A stretch of 64,000 nt of DNA from Candidatus Latescibacterota bacterium (GCA_965219995.1 CBDCOX010000002.1:2016001-2080000); one strand, 5' to 3'. Shown: positions 27,306-39,043, counted from the first letter of the stretch. Translations and numbers: made by a program. The notes: a model not told the origin generated them from the sequence alone.

Positions 27306-29360
27306 GTGGTTTTGGCAATCGATCCCAAGGATCCCAGAGAAGAGCAGGAACAGTACGAACATATCATGCCGGCGGACGCGCCGTTTGAAGATGGCTTCAA
27401 TATGAAGACCCTGTGGGCGACGCTGTTCGTGGGGCTCGTGATGCTGCCCGGCGCGATCTACCTTGGGTTGGTTACCGGTCAGAATATGGCCGGCGCGTCC
27501 GAATGGGTGACCATCATCCTTTTCCTGGAGATCGCAAAGCGGTCCTTTGTGCGGCTGAAAACACAGGAGGTCCTGGTCATCTACTGGGTCGCCGGCGGGC
27601 TGCTTGGCGTGGGTGTGCGGCTGGGCAGCGCGGCGCTGGTGTACGGCGGTCCCTTCGGCGGATTGATCTGGGACCAGTACCTGATCCAATCTCCGGCGGC
27701 GAGAGGGCTTGCGGACTATATCCCGGACTGGGTGGTTCCCCGGATCAGCGAACACCCGGAGATTTACGCGGAACGGACGTTCCTGCACGCCGCGTGGTTG
27801 AAGCCCATTGGCATCCTCGTTGCATTGACGCTCCTGAGCAACACCGCAAGGCTGTCGCTTGGGTACGTGATGTTTCGTATTACGAGCGACATCGAACGGT
27901 TGCCGTTCCCACTGGCGCCGGTTCAGGCCCGCGGGGCCACTGCGCTTGCCGAGACATCGGCCAAGCAGGAGGGCTGGAGATGGCGGGTATTCAGTACCGG
28001 CGCGTGTATCGGACTGGTCTGGGGCCTGCTCTATGTTGTTGTCCCTACGCTTTCCAGCATCTTCCTGACCGATACGGTCCAGATTCTGCCCATTCCCTGG
28101 ATCGATTTTACGGAACAGATCAAAACGATTCTGCCTGCCGCGCTGTTTGGAATCGCAACCGACCTGGGACACCTTATTGTCGGATTCGTGCTGCCGTTCT
28201 GGGTGGTTATCGGGTCGTTTGCCGGCGCTGTCCTGGGCAACCTGGTTGTTAATCCGTTTCTCTACAAATACGAGATCCTGGACCGCTGGTCTGCCGGGAT
28301 GACGGCAATCCCGACGTCGATCTCCAACCAGTTCGACTTCTGGCTTAGTTTCGGAATCGGCACGTCGTTCGTCATCGCGTTCACGGGATTTTACCAGGTG
28401 TTTCGGGTGCTTGCGGAACAACGCCGTCAGAAACGGGAAACAGGACATCATACAACGGGCATCGACCTCGAGGACCTGCCGGAGGGCCGCTCGGATATGA
28501 AGATGATCTACCCGATTCTGGCCTGGGGCGCGGCCACGCTTGGCTTCATTGTGATGTGCCAGATGCTGGTTCCCGAATTTCACTGGGGCTGGGTTGTGTT
28601 CTTCGGACTCATCTACACGCCGATTTCTTCTTATATCGGCGCCCGAATGATCGGCCTGACCGGAAGTCCGTACGGGGCGAGTATTCCCTATCTGCGCGAG
28701 GCGGGGATTCTTCTGTCAGGGTACAAGGGCGTCGCGGTCTGGTTCGCGCCCCTTCCCCTGCATGACCACGGTCTCGCCGTGCCGACATACAAACAGATGG
28801 AGCTGACCAAAACGAAGTTTGTCAGTTACGTGAAACTGACCGCGGTGACCATGGTCGTCATCTTTATTTTCAGCTTCATCTTCTGGGAATTCATCTGGCG
28901 ACTCGGCCCCATCCCGTCGTCAAGCTATTACTATGTGCAAACCTTCTGGCCATACGACGCCACCATGACCACGATGTGGCTGAAGTCGACCATGCCGGAC
29001 CTCGAAGGTCAGGGGACCGTTGGCGTCGAACTCCTTAGAGACATCATCAAACCACACATCATCGGCGCCGGTTTCGCCGTCGGCGGCCTCATGTATCTGA
29101 TTCTGGCCGCGTTGAAAGCGCCAACGCTGTTCTTTTTCGGATTTGTGGGCTCGCTGGCCACGTGGCCGCATTTCGTGATTCTGCAGTTCGCCGGCGCGCT
29201 CCTCGGGCGTTACTACTTCGCCAGGCGATTCGGCGAATCCAAATGGAGGGCCTACGCGCCGATTCTGCTGGCCGGGTATTACTGCGGCATGGGGCTCATC
29301 GGGATGACGTCGGTTTCGGTCGTGCTGATTTCAAAGGCCGTCTCCCAGGTCGTCTTCTAG
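27306..29360 (+). CDS. OPT/YSL-like oligopeptide transporter-related membrane protein
   Basis: 684 aa, highly polytopic; FEDGF, MLPGAIYL.L..G, EWVTIILF.E, IERLPFPLAPV and PILLAGY.CG.GL; GAGGAGG RBS. Confidence 0.82.
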   Translation: MVLAIDPKDPREEQEQYEHIMPADAPFEDGFNMKTLWATLFVGLVMLPGAIYLGLVTGQNMAGASEWVTIILFLEIAKRSFVRLKTQEVLVIYWVAGGLLGVGVRLGSAALVYGGPFGGLIWDQYLIQSPAARGLADYIPDWVVPRISEHPEIYAERTFLHAAWLKPIGILVALTLLSNTARLSLGYVMFRITSDIERLPFPLAPVQARGATALAETSAKQEGWRWRVFSTGACIGLVWGLLYVVVPTLSSIFLTDTVQILPIPWIDFTEQIKTILPAALFGIATDLGHLIVGFVLPFWVVIGSFAGAVLGNLVVNPFLYKYEILDRWSAGMTAIPTSISNQFDFWLSFGIGTSFVIAFTGFYQVFRVLAEQRRQKRETGHHTTGIDLEDLPEGRSDMKMIYPILAWGAATLGFIVMCQMLVPEFHWGWVVFFGLIYTPISSYIGARMIGLTGSPYGASIPYLREAGILLSGYKGVAVWFAPLPLHDHGLAVPTYKQMELTKTKFVSYVKLTAVTMVVIFIFSFIFWEFIWRLGPIPSSSYYYVQTFWPYDATMTTMWLKSTMPDLEGQGTVGVELLRDIIKPHIIGAGFAVGGLMYLILAALKAPTLFFFGFVGSLATWPHFVILQFAGALLGRYYFARRFGESKWRAYAPILLAGYYCGMGLIGMTSVSVVLISKAVSQVVF

Positions 29361-29476
29361 GCATTCCATAATGGAACGCCGCCCGGATTCCGGCTGTCTA
29401 AGGTTATTGCCGAAGAGGGGAATCCGGGCGGAATCACGTCCGGCCAACACGGAACACCAATTGCGGGGAGGCTTCG

Positions 29477-29950
29477 ATGAGAGTTGGTAACGGGATCGCG
29501 GGAATGACGCTCATTGCCTGTATGGTATTGGCGTTTGCCGTGGAGGCGACGGCACAACCGGACAGACGAGGCGGGCGTGGGCGCGGGGGGCGCGGCGGAG
29601 GCGCAAGGCTTCGGATGATGCTGCCCCTCGAACAAACGCTGGGTTTCCTGGCCTTCGACAAAACGCTCGCCTTAAAGGACGATCAGCTGATCAAGATCCG
29701 CAGTGAACTCAAGGATATCCACGAAAAGCGCGCCGAACTTGAAAAGGAAATGCGGGGCGGAGCCGACAGGCAGCAACTGATGCAGAAACTCGGCGGGATT
29801 CGAGGCGCCATGTTTGAAAAAATAAAGGCCGTACTGGACGACCGGCAGGACAAGATTCTTGACCGTTACCTGGAGAGAATACGACGGGGGTTTCAACGCG
29901 GACGCGGCGGCGGACGGCGGGGAGGCGGCCCTCCCGGCGGCGGCGTTTGA
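29477..29950 (+). CDS. Secreted small helical protein (Spy/CpxP-like) with Arg/Gly-rich ends
   Basis: Signal ending ATA-Q; LKDDQ and LDDRQ motifs; RGG-rich tracts at both ends; GGAGG RBS. Confidence 0.75.
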   Translation: MRVGNGIAGMTLIACMVLAFAVEATAQPDRRGGRGRGGRGGGARLRMMLPLEQTLGFLAFDKTLALKDDQLIKIRSELKDIHEKRAELEKEMRGGADRQQLMQKLGGIRGAMFEKIKAVLDDRQDKILDRYLERIRRGFQRGRGGGRRGGGPPGGGV

Positions 29951-29980
29951 CACGATCACTCCCCTCCAGGATCGATGATG

Positions 29981-30010
29981 TGGCGGCCCCCGGCGGGGTC
30001 GCCATTTTTT
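29981..30010 (+). terminator. Rho-independent terminator
   Basis: TGGCGGCCCC-CGGC-GGGGTCGCCA followed by T6. Confidence 0.85.
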
Positions 30011-30132
30011 GACAGATTCCAGGATACGCTCATGCGCCACCGTACTGCTTCAAAACACGGTCGGAAACCGCCGTTGCCGCCGATACCTCACGAACCATCC
30101 TAAAGCAATACGGCCTTGAGGAAAGCATTCAG

Positions 30133-31518
30133 ATGAATCTCCAGGCGGTCGGAGAACGGCTCGGCAAGCCGTTCACGTTTGCGGTTGTGGGCGACACCCA
30201 TTTCCTGCATCCGAAGTTCCGCCGGCAGACAGACGGTTCCGGCGGTTCGTTTCGCCCGTTGCAGGTTGACCAGTATCTCGAAAGCGTCCAATACGTCCTC
30301 ATGCCGATGATGGCTGCGCTGAAGGAAGCGTCTCCGGCTTTTCTGGTGATCACCGGAGATGTGGTGGAGGGACACCAGGACGTCGAACTCGCCATCGACG
30401 AGATTGAGGAAGGGCTGGAATTTTTCGAGGGATACGGGATTCCGCTGCTGTTCGCGTGCGGAAACAGAGACCGCGTAGAGGCATTCGACGGGGTTGTTCG
30501 ACCATATCTTGGCCGCTGGCTGGGCAGCACGCCCCACGAGCGGTTTTTCTTTCTGGACATTGCCGGTTGCCGGCTGGTTTTCCTCGACACGCCCGCCTGG
30601 ACGCGGAACGGCACGCAGCGACAGTGGCTGGAACGCACGTTGAGTTCACGGGAGGATGCAGGAATCGACCGGACGTTTCTGTTCGGACACCATCCGGTCT
30701 GGCCGATGGCAAGGGCCTTTTTCACCAGCCTCGACCTCCATCTCGATATGCCGGAAATATTGCGCGAGCATCCCGTAGACGCCTTTTTCTGCGGGCATAC
30801 CCACAACCAGAGCGTGTTGCTCCACCGTACGGATGGACGTCCGGTTCTGCAATGCATGTGCGCTTCCATCGGCCTTTCCAGTGAGATGCCGACGCCGCTG
30901 GATCGTGTGCAGAACCTGTTGCCCTATCCCCGGGACGTGCTTGGCTGCTGGCCGGGATATCTCGAGAATACGGCGCCTGGATGGTTTATTGTCCACGTCG
31001 GCGAAACGTCCGTCGAAGCCGAATGGCATCACCTGAACCGGGGAGTTGAAACACGGCTCGTCTGGCATCGACCGGGGGATCTTTCGACATTCGAGAAAAT
31101 GGAACACCCCCCCGATGCACGTCTGATTTACGATGACCTGAACCATATCCGGCGCGCTTCCCTGCGGTTCTGCGGATGGCATGCCTTGCGCGAAGACAGG
31201 CAGGTTTTCCTCAATGGCGAGCCGGTCGGCAGCCTGCCTCCCGCAAACGACTATGCGCCGATCCGAATGGAGTTGCCGGCCGGGTGCCTTGAACATCTTC
31301 GCATGGAGAATCGGATCGAGATCCAGGTTGCCCGGAACGATGCATGTACGCTGGGAAATTTCGCGCTCGAAGCGGTCCTGCCCGGTGGACGATTCGTGAG
31401 AACCCGGCCCACTGGTGAAATATTCACCTGGTCCGACCGGTGGGGCGCGTGGAATTCGAACTGGCTGCTGAAAATGAAACCGGGACGGCCCGCCGCGACA
31501 CTATTGTGTTTTCAATGA
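30133..31518 (+). CDS. Calcineurin-like metallophosphoesterase with C-terminal beta-rich domain
   Basis: GDTH, TGD, GNRD, GHHP and GHTH motifs. Confidence 0.88.
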   Translation: MNLQAVGERLGKPFTFAVVGDTHFLHPKFRRQTDGSGGSFRPLQVDQYLESVQYVLMPMMAALKEASPAFLVITGDVVEGHQDVELAIDEIEEGLEFFEGYGIPLLFACGNRDRVEAFDGVVRPYLGRWLGSTPHERFFFLDIAGCRLVFLDTPAWTRNGTQRQWLERTLSSREDAGIDRTFLFGHHPVWPMARAFFTSLDLHLDMPEILREHPVDAFFCGHTHNQSVLLHRTDGRPVLQCMCASIGLSSEMPTPLDRVQNLLPYPRDVLGCWPGYLENTAPGWFIVHVGETSVEAEWHHLNRGVETRLVWHRPGDLSTFEKMEHPPDARLIYDDLNHIRRASLRFCGWHALREDRQVFLNGEPVGSLPPANDYAPIRMELPAGCLEHLRMENRIEIQVARNDACTLGNFALEAVLPGGRFVRTRPTGEIFTWSDRWGAWNSNWLLKMKPGRPAATLLCFQ

Positions 31519-31608
31519 ATCCGCCTGTTTCCCGCCTGTGCCGATGCCCGGTCGATCACGCCCGGGTATGCGGTCAGTGTCTTCAAACCCAGGATATCGG
31601 AAGTTACC

Positions 31609-33687
<2,079 letters not shown>

Positions 33688-33738
33688 GAAACGCGATGGC
33701 GCCAAACGCGGACACCAAAGCCCCAACAGGAGGTTGTG

Positions 33739-34284
33739 ATGGCATCGGTACTGGTGGTAGGAGATGGTCCCGGCGGCCTGAGTGCGGCCCTGTTTCTGGC
33801 CAAAAACGGCATGGACGTGATGGTGTTCGGGCAGGACACGACGCCCATGCATAAGGCCATGCTCTACAATTATCTGGGCATTCCGGAGTTGACCGGGAGC
33901 GAATTTCAACGCGTATCACGAGATCAGGTGAAAGCGCAGGGGGCTCGCATCGAAGACGTGCAGGTCTCCGGAATCGAAAAAACCGGGAACGGATTCACGC
34001 TGACCACCGAGGGCGGGGTCACCCACGAAGGGGACTACCTGATCCTGGCGGCGGGAACCAACGTGAAACTGGGCGTGAGTATGGGTCTGGAGAGAGGACC
34101 GGACGGGCTGATATGCGACCGGGACGGCCGCACGGCGGAGGACGGCCTGTACGTCGTGGGATGGAGTACGCGTCTGCGGAAGACACAGGCGATCATTTCC
34201 GCCGGTCAGGGAGCCTCCGCCGCGCTCGACATTCTATCCGCCGAAGCTGGAGAGGACGTACACGATTTCGACGTTGTGTCGTGA
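33739..34284 (+). CDS. Short FAD-dependent oxidoreductase (TrxB-like FAD domain only)
   Basis: VVGDGPGGLSAA, NYLGI and QAIISAGQG; AGGAGG RBS. Confidence 0.88.
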   Translation: MASVLVVGDGPGGLSAALFLAKNGMDVMVFGQDTTPMHKAMLYNYLGIPELTGSEFQRVSRDQVKAQGARIEDVQVSGIEKTGNGFTLTTEGGVTHEGDYLILAAGTNVKLGVSMGLERGPDGLICDRDGRTAEDGLYVVGWSTRLRKTQAIISAGQGASAALDILSAEAGEDVHDFDVVS

Positions 34285-34307
34285 TGCATCCGGGAAGCTT
34301 CGATGGA

Positions 34308-34877
34308 TCAAAAGTACCTGGGCGACTTGCGGGGCGCGGCCGGCCGGGGAGGCGCTTCCTTTTCCGGGATGCCGTGGCTGTCAACGATGCCGCGTACCAC
34401 GTGGACCGGAAGCCCCATCCGGACGGCCAATGCCATCGAATCACTTGGACGCGCGTCCATTTTGAACGTCGTTCCATCCGGACTCTGCAGGGTGAGAACG
34501 GCGAAATACGTACTCCTCAGGCCTCCTTCTTCCAGCGGGCGAAGTTCGTCGATCACGATGGACCGAAGACGGACGCCGGCCTCCTTCATGACATTGTGAA
34601 ACAGGTCGTGGGTGAACGGACGTGGAAACGCCTCGTCGTTCAGCTTGCGCCAGATTGCCATCGCTTCGCACGGGCCGATCCAGATGGGCAGAAGTCTGCC
34701 GGTCTCGCTGTCTCGCAGAAAAACGACATACTGGTCGTCCGAATCCCGCCCGACCTGATGGACCTCTGCTTTGACCAGGTCCTTTCCCCCTGGCTCCGCA
34801 GGCGGCGCGAGGACGGGGCTCGGACACATCCAGAACGCGCAGAGAAACAACACGGAAATTCGGCATCTATCGTGCAT
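34308..34877 (-). CDS. Bifunctional nuclease family protein (DUF151)
   Basis: LPIWIG..EA, RP.THDL and DARPSD..ALA; AAGGA RBS; hydrophobic N-terminal extension. Confidence 0.9.
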   Translation of the reverse strand: MHDRCRISVLFLCAFWMCPSPVLAPPAEPGGKDLVKAEVHQVGRDSDDQYVVFLRDSETGRLLPIWIGPCEAMAIWRKLNDEAFPRPFTHDLFHNVMKEAGVRLRSIVIDELRPLEEGGLRSTYFAVLTLQSPDGTTFKMDARPSDSMALAVRMGLPVHVVRGIVDSHGIPEKEAPPRPAAPRKSPRYF

Positions 34878-35003
34878 CTTGATTCCTTTCAGTGCGTGAG
34901 AGACCGCCGCTGGCTTGCATGAATTCTGTGCCTTTGCCGAATATACGCCGGCGCTTTTCCGGTAGCAATTCGAAATTTCCGCAGTGGCGCCGCGGTTCGC
35001 CGG

Positions 35004-35032
35004 TTGACAAGCACTATCCGATATGCTATCTT
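35004..35032 (+). promoter_or_regulatory. Sigma70 promoter of the yicC operon
   Basis: TTGACA-N17-TATCTT with extended -10 TG. Confidence 0.75.
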
Positions 35033-35084
35033 TATAAGTTTCAGAATTTTACACCCTCTGTGCTGCGCAGAGACAGGAGAACGC

Positions 35085-35963
35085 ATGGTTGCCAGCATGA
35101 CGGGTTTCGGGAGGGGCGAAACCGAAACCAACGGATATCGTGCTACGGTCGAGGTAAAATCGGTTAACGGTCGTTACGGCGAAGTGGACGTCCATCTGCC
35201 CCGGCAACTGTCTGCCCTGGAACCCCGGATTAAAGACCTGGTGCTTGCGGTTTTTTCGCGCGGCCGCATCCGCGTCTCGCTGAACCTGGACGGCGACGCG
35301 CTTGAACAGGGTATTCCGGTTCTGAACGAGCGGGTCTTCGAGGGATATCGGGACGGGTTCGTTCGGCTTCAAACACGCCTGGGGCTTTCAGAAGCGCCCG
35401 ACCCCATGCAGGTGGCGCTGATGCCGAATGTATTTGAAATCGAATACAGGGCGCCGGATCTGGACGCCGTCTGGAAGGTGATCGCGCCGGCCTGCGAACA
35501 GGCGGTAGTGCAATGTCAGTCGATGAGAACCAGAGAAGGAGGACGGCTGGCGGAAGACTTCGTGCGGCGGGTTCACCACCTCGAGGATGTGATCACGCAG
35601 ATCCGGAAGCAGGCGCCCCAACAGATCGAGTCCGCCCGCAGACGGCTCGATGGAAAACTCAGGGAACTGATCGCCCCGGAACAGATCGACCGGAACCGTC
35701 TGATTACGGAAATCGCCCTGCTTGCCGAGCGAGTGGACATTACCGAGGAAACCGTCCGTTTCCATAGCCACAACGAGCAGTTTCTGAAAACGCTCGACCG
35801 TGACGAGCCGATCGGCAGGCGTCTGAATTTTCTGCTCCAGGAGATGCTCCGTGAAGCGAATACGATCGGGTCCAAAACAACCGACGTGGAAATCGCGCAT
35901 CTGGTGGTCGATGTCAAGGAAGAAATCGAGAAGCTCAAGGAGCAGGTGCAGAATATAGAATAA
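35085..35963 (+). CDS. yicC: YicC/YloC family endoribonuclease
   Basis: SMTGFGR, EVKSVNGR, DITEE and GRRLNFLLQEM.REANTIGSK; ends EQVQNIE; AGGAG RBS. Confidence 0.95.
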   Translation: MVASMTGFGRGETETNGYRATVEVKSVNGRYGEVDVHLPRQLSALEPRIKDLVLAVFSRGRIRVSLNLDGDALEQGIPVLNERVFEGYRDGFVRLQTRLGLSEAPDPMQVALMPNVFEIEYRAPDLDAVWKVIAPACEQAVVQCQSMRTREGGRLAEDFVRRVHHLEDVITQIRKQAPQQIESARRRLDGKLRELIAPEQIDRNRLITEIALLAERVDITEETVRFHSHNEQFLKTLDRDEPIGRRLNFLLQEMLREANTIGSKTTDVEIAHLVVDVKEEIEKLKEQVQNIE

Positions 35964-36123
35964 CAGTCCGTTGAAAAAGTCGCTCTGCAGGCGAGGCCGA
36001 GACATTGTGGCCGAAGACAAGGCGCGCGACCGACGCGCATCCCTGGATTCGGGGAGGGAGCGCAACGCCGTAGCTCGGTCACAAGGGCCGGACGCAGACC
36101 GGATGGACTTTATCAACGGGCTG
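35964..36123 (+). mobile_element. 160-bp MITE, copy 2 (more diverged)
   Basis: Same inverted repeats; starts immediately after the yicC TAA; flanks ATAA/ATTT, so the duplication is imperfect. Confidence 0.9.
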
Positions 36124-36147
36124 ATTTCGGCGGGACCGGTTTCGAAG

Positions 36148-36813
36148 ATGGAAGATACGTTTGGAATTGACGTCCTCCAGGACCGACTCGAATGCAATCC
36201 CGGTTCGTTCGCCTTGGTGCTTTCAGGCCCTGCCGGGGCGGGCAAGACGTCAATCGGCCGGGGACTCCTCGCGCGAGACGACTCCCTGCGGAAATGCGTG
36301 ACCACCACCACCCGCACGAAGCGTCCCAATGAGACCGACGGCGTCGACTACCATTTCGTTTCGGAAGAGGCGTTTCGTTCAAGCTTGAAACAGGGGTGTT
36401 TTCTCGAATGGGCCGAGGTCTATGGCTGTCTCTATGGGGCGACCTTCGATTCGGCCGCGCGCGCAATCGGAAACGGCGGGGTATTGCTGCTCGTGGTAGA
36501 CGTACAGGGCGCGGCGGCATGGAAGCGCGTGCTGAATGAACGTTGCGTTAGCGTGTTCGTGCTGCCTCCTTCGGCCAGCGTGCTGGAAGCGCGCCTGCGA
36601 GGACGGCAGTCGGAAGGTGCCGGGGCCCTTGCCCTGAGGCTGAGAAACGCACGAACGGAACTTGCCAGGGCCGAGGAGTTCGATTATCTCGTCGTCAATA
36701 CGGAACTGGATCGCGCCATCGCCGACGTTGAGGGCATGATTCGCGTCGAACGACGCAGGCCGCGCCGCAGCCCCGATCTTCTCGCCGAATTGGAGCGTGG
36801 GTTCGCGCCCTGA
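36148..36813 (+). CDS. gmk: Guanylate kinase
   Basis: SGPAGAGKT, TTR..RPNETDGVDYHFV and FLEWAEVYG. The ORF-track N-terminal 59 aa are mostly MITE-derived. Confidence 0.93.
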   Translation: MEDTFGIDVLQDRLECNPGSFALVLSGPAGAGKTSIGRGLLARDDSLRKCVTTTTRTKRPNETDGVDYHFVSEEAFRSSLKQGCFLEWAEVYGCLYGATFDSAARAIGNGGVLLLVVDVQGAAAWKRVLNERCVSVFVLPPSASVLEARLRGRQSEGAGALALRLRNARTELARAEEFDYLVVNTELDRAIADVEGMIRVERRRPRRSPDLLAELERGFAP

Positions 36814-36908
36814 CGCCGGGTCACGCAAGACAGCAATAACATATTGAATATAAAGAAATTATAATTTCAAAAAAGTTGCGGCATTCACAAAGGGAGGATC
36901 GTGCACGC

Positions 36909-37169
36909 ATGTCAAGGATATTCTTTCTGGAAGAGATCAGCAACGACGAAATGAACCCGTACGAGGCGGTCAGCGCCGCGTCGAGGGAGTCCCGCAGGAT
37001 CAACCAGGCCCGGATGGCCAGGGACGTCTCAGGAGAGGTGGAAAAACCCACAACGCTGTCGCTCGATCGCCTTTCGACGGGCAAAGTGCAGGTTTTGTAC
37101 GAGGGCGACGCGGAGATGGAAGCGGAACATGACAACGCCGGCGAAGCTGAGGGTCCTTCTGGGAATTAG
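36909..37169 (+). CDS. rpoZ: RNA polymerase omega subunit
   Basis: Between gmk and coaBC; NPYEAV.AASRESRRIN and KPTTLSL; GGAGGA RBS. Confidence 0.8.
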   Translation: MSRIFFLEEISNDEMNPYEAVSAASRESRRINQARMARDVSGEVEKPTTLSLDRLSTGKVQVLYEGDAEMEAEHDNAGEAEGPSGN

Positions 37170-38328
37170 CGGCGGGATTGCCGCTTACAAGGGTGTTGAC
37201 GTGCTTCGCGGCCTGCAGCGCGAGGGCGCCGAAGTGCGGGTGGTAATGACCGCGGCCGCACAGAAGTTCGTTCAGCCGCTGACGTTTGAAGTGCTTTCCG
37301 GCCATCGGGTCTACACCCATCTCTTTCCTGAGACCGGTGATCCTGACGTCATCCACGTCACACTGGGCGAATGGCCGGACCTGATCCTGATTGCGCCGGC
37401 AACGGCCAATGTCATCGGCAAGATGGCGAACGGGCTGGCGGACGACCTGCTTACGTGCACCGTGCTGTCGAGTGAGGCGCCGGTGATGGTTGCGCCCGCA
37501 ATGGAAACGGCAATGTACCGCCATCCTGCTTCACAGCGCAATCTTCAGCGACTTGCCGATATCGGGTATCGCCTGATCGGTCCCGAAGACGGCGTGCTTG
37601 CTTCGGGACGCATCGGACTGGGACGGCTATCGGATCCTGAGCGTATCGTCTCCGAAGCCGTTTCCACCGTAGCGGCTTCCGGGGATCTTTCGGGCCGCAG
37701 GATTGTGGTTACCGGTGGACGGACGGAAGAAGACATCGATCCGGTTCGCTTTATCACAAACCGGTCCACGGGAAAGATGGGGTATGCAGTAGCCCGCCGC
37801 GCCAGACAGCGCGGTGCGGAAGTGGTACTGGTAAGCGGCCCGGGCAATCTGGACCCGCCCACAGGCGTCGACCTGATTCCGGTAAGAACCGTGTCTGAAA
37901 TGCGCACGGCGACGGAATCGGCATTCGACGGCGCGGATGCGCTGGTCATGACGGCCGCCGTACTGGATTTCAGGCCTCGCGTAGTCTCCGAGGGAAAAAT
38001 CAAAAAAAGCGTCAACGGACTGACCCTGGATCTGGTCGCGAACGAGGATTTTCTGGTGGAACTTGGAGCCCGGAAACAAGGCCGTGTGGTGGTCGGGTTC
38101 GCGATGGAAACGGAAAATGGCCTGTCCAATGCACGCAAGAAACTGACGGAGAAACATCTGGATCTGATTGTCTTGAACAATTTGAAGGAGGCGGGCGCGG
38201 GATTCGGTGTGGACACCAACGTGGTCACGCTGATCGACGCGGAGAGTGCGCCGGAACCGTTGCCGAAAATGGCCAAGCTCGAGGTTGCCGACCGAATTCT
38301 GGACAGGATAAGAGACCGGTGGACGTAG
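37129..38328 (+). CDS. coaBC: Bifunctional PPC decarboxylase / PPC synthetase
   Basis: GISGGIAAYK, APATAN, GLADDL, IDPVRFITNRSTGKMG and GFAMET. Confidence 0.97.
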   Translation: MTTPAKLRVLLGISGGIAAYKGVDVLRGLQREGAEVRVVMTAAAQKFVQPLTFEVLSGHRVYTHLFPETGDPDVIHVTLGEWPDLILIAPATANVIGKMANGLADDLLTCTVLSSEAPVMVAPAMETAMYRHPASQRNLQRLADIGYRLIGPEDGVLASGRIGLGRLSDPERIVSEAVSTVAASGDLSGRRIVVTGGRTEEDIDPVRFITNRSTGKMGYAVARRARQRGAEVVLVSGPGNLDPPTGVDLIPVRTVSEMRTATESAFDGADALVMTAAVLDFRPRVVSEGKIKKSVNGLTLDLVANEDFLVELGARKQGRVVVGFAMETENGLSNARKKLTEKHLDLIVLNNLKEAGAGFGVDTNVVTLIDAESAPEPLPKMAKLEVADRILDRIRDRWT

Positions 38329-38984
38329 ACGTCGAGGCGAGAGAGACGCTGGAAGCCGTGCGGACATTCATTAAGGCCCAGGCGGAATTTGGCCTGACCG
38401 AATTCAGACTCGCGCGGACGGACGCAGGGGCGCAGCTTGCCGATTTTCACGAGTCGATCCGCGACTGCCGGATGTGCGGGCTTTCCGAGGGGCGGCGCAC
38501 CGTGGTCTTCGGCAGCGGAAGTCCGAATGCGGGCCTGTTGTTTGTCGGCGAGGCGCCCGGAGCGGACGAAGACAGGACGGGGCTGCCGTTCGTCGGATCC
38601 GCCGGCGCATTGCTGACCCGCATGATCGAGGCCATCGGTTTTCAACGCGAAGACGTCTATATTGCCAATGTCATCAAATGCAGGCCGCCTGCGAACCGGG
38701 ACCCTTTGCCGGCAGAATTGGAGACGTGCCGGCCCTATCTCGAACGGCAGATCGCGCTCATACAGCCGGTAGCCATCTGCGCGCTCGGTCGTTTCGCCGC
38801 GCAGACGCTGCTGAAGACCGATGAACCGTTGGGCGAACTGCGGGGGCAGCTCTTTACGTACCGGGGCATTCCTCTCATAGCGACGTATCATCCTGCCGCA
38901 CTGTTGCGAAACCGGCAATGGAAACGCCCCGCCTGGCAGGACCTGCAGCTTCTCAGGCGGGTGTACGACGGCGCGTCCGGTTAG
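38319..38984 (+). CDS. udg: Uracil-DNA glycosylase family 4 (Fe-S)
   Basis: C..C.L, VGEAPG..ED..G.PFVG, KCRPP.NR.P and TYHPA. Confidence 0.95.
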   Translation: MDVDVEARETLEAVRTFIKAQAEFGLTEFRLARTDAGAQLADFHESIRDCRMCGLSEGRRTVVFGSGSPNAGLLFVGEAPGADEDRTGLPFVGSAGALLTRMIEAIGFQREDVYIANVIKCRPPANRDPLPAELETCRPYLERQIALIQPVAICALGRFAAQTLLKTDEPLGELRGQLFTYRGIPLIATYHPAALLRNRQWKRPAWQDLQLLRRVYDGASG

Positions 38985-39043
38985 AGACACCCGCGCGACC
39001 CCCTGTCGGTAGACGGAACGCGACCGTCTTCAATTGGTATCCA

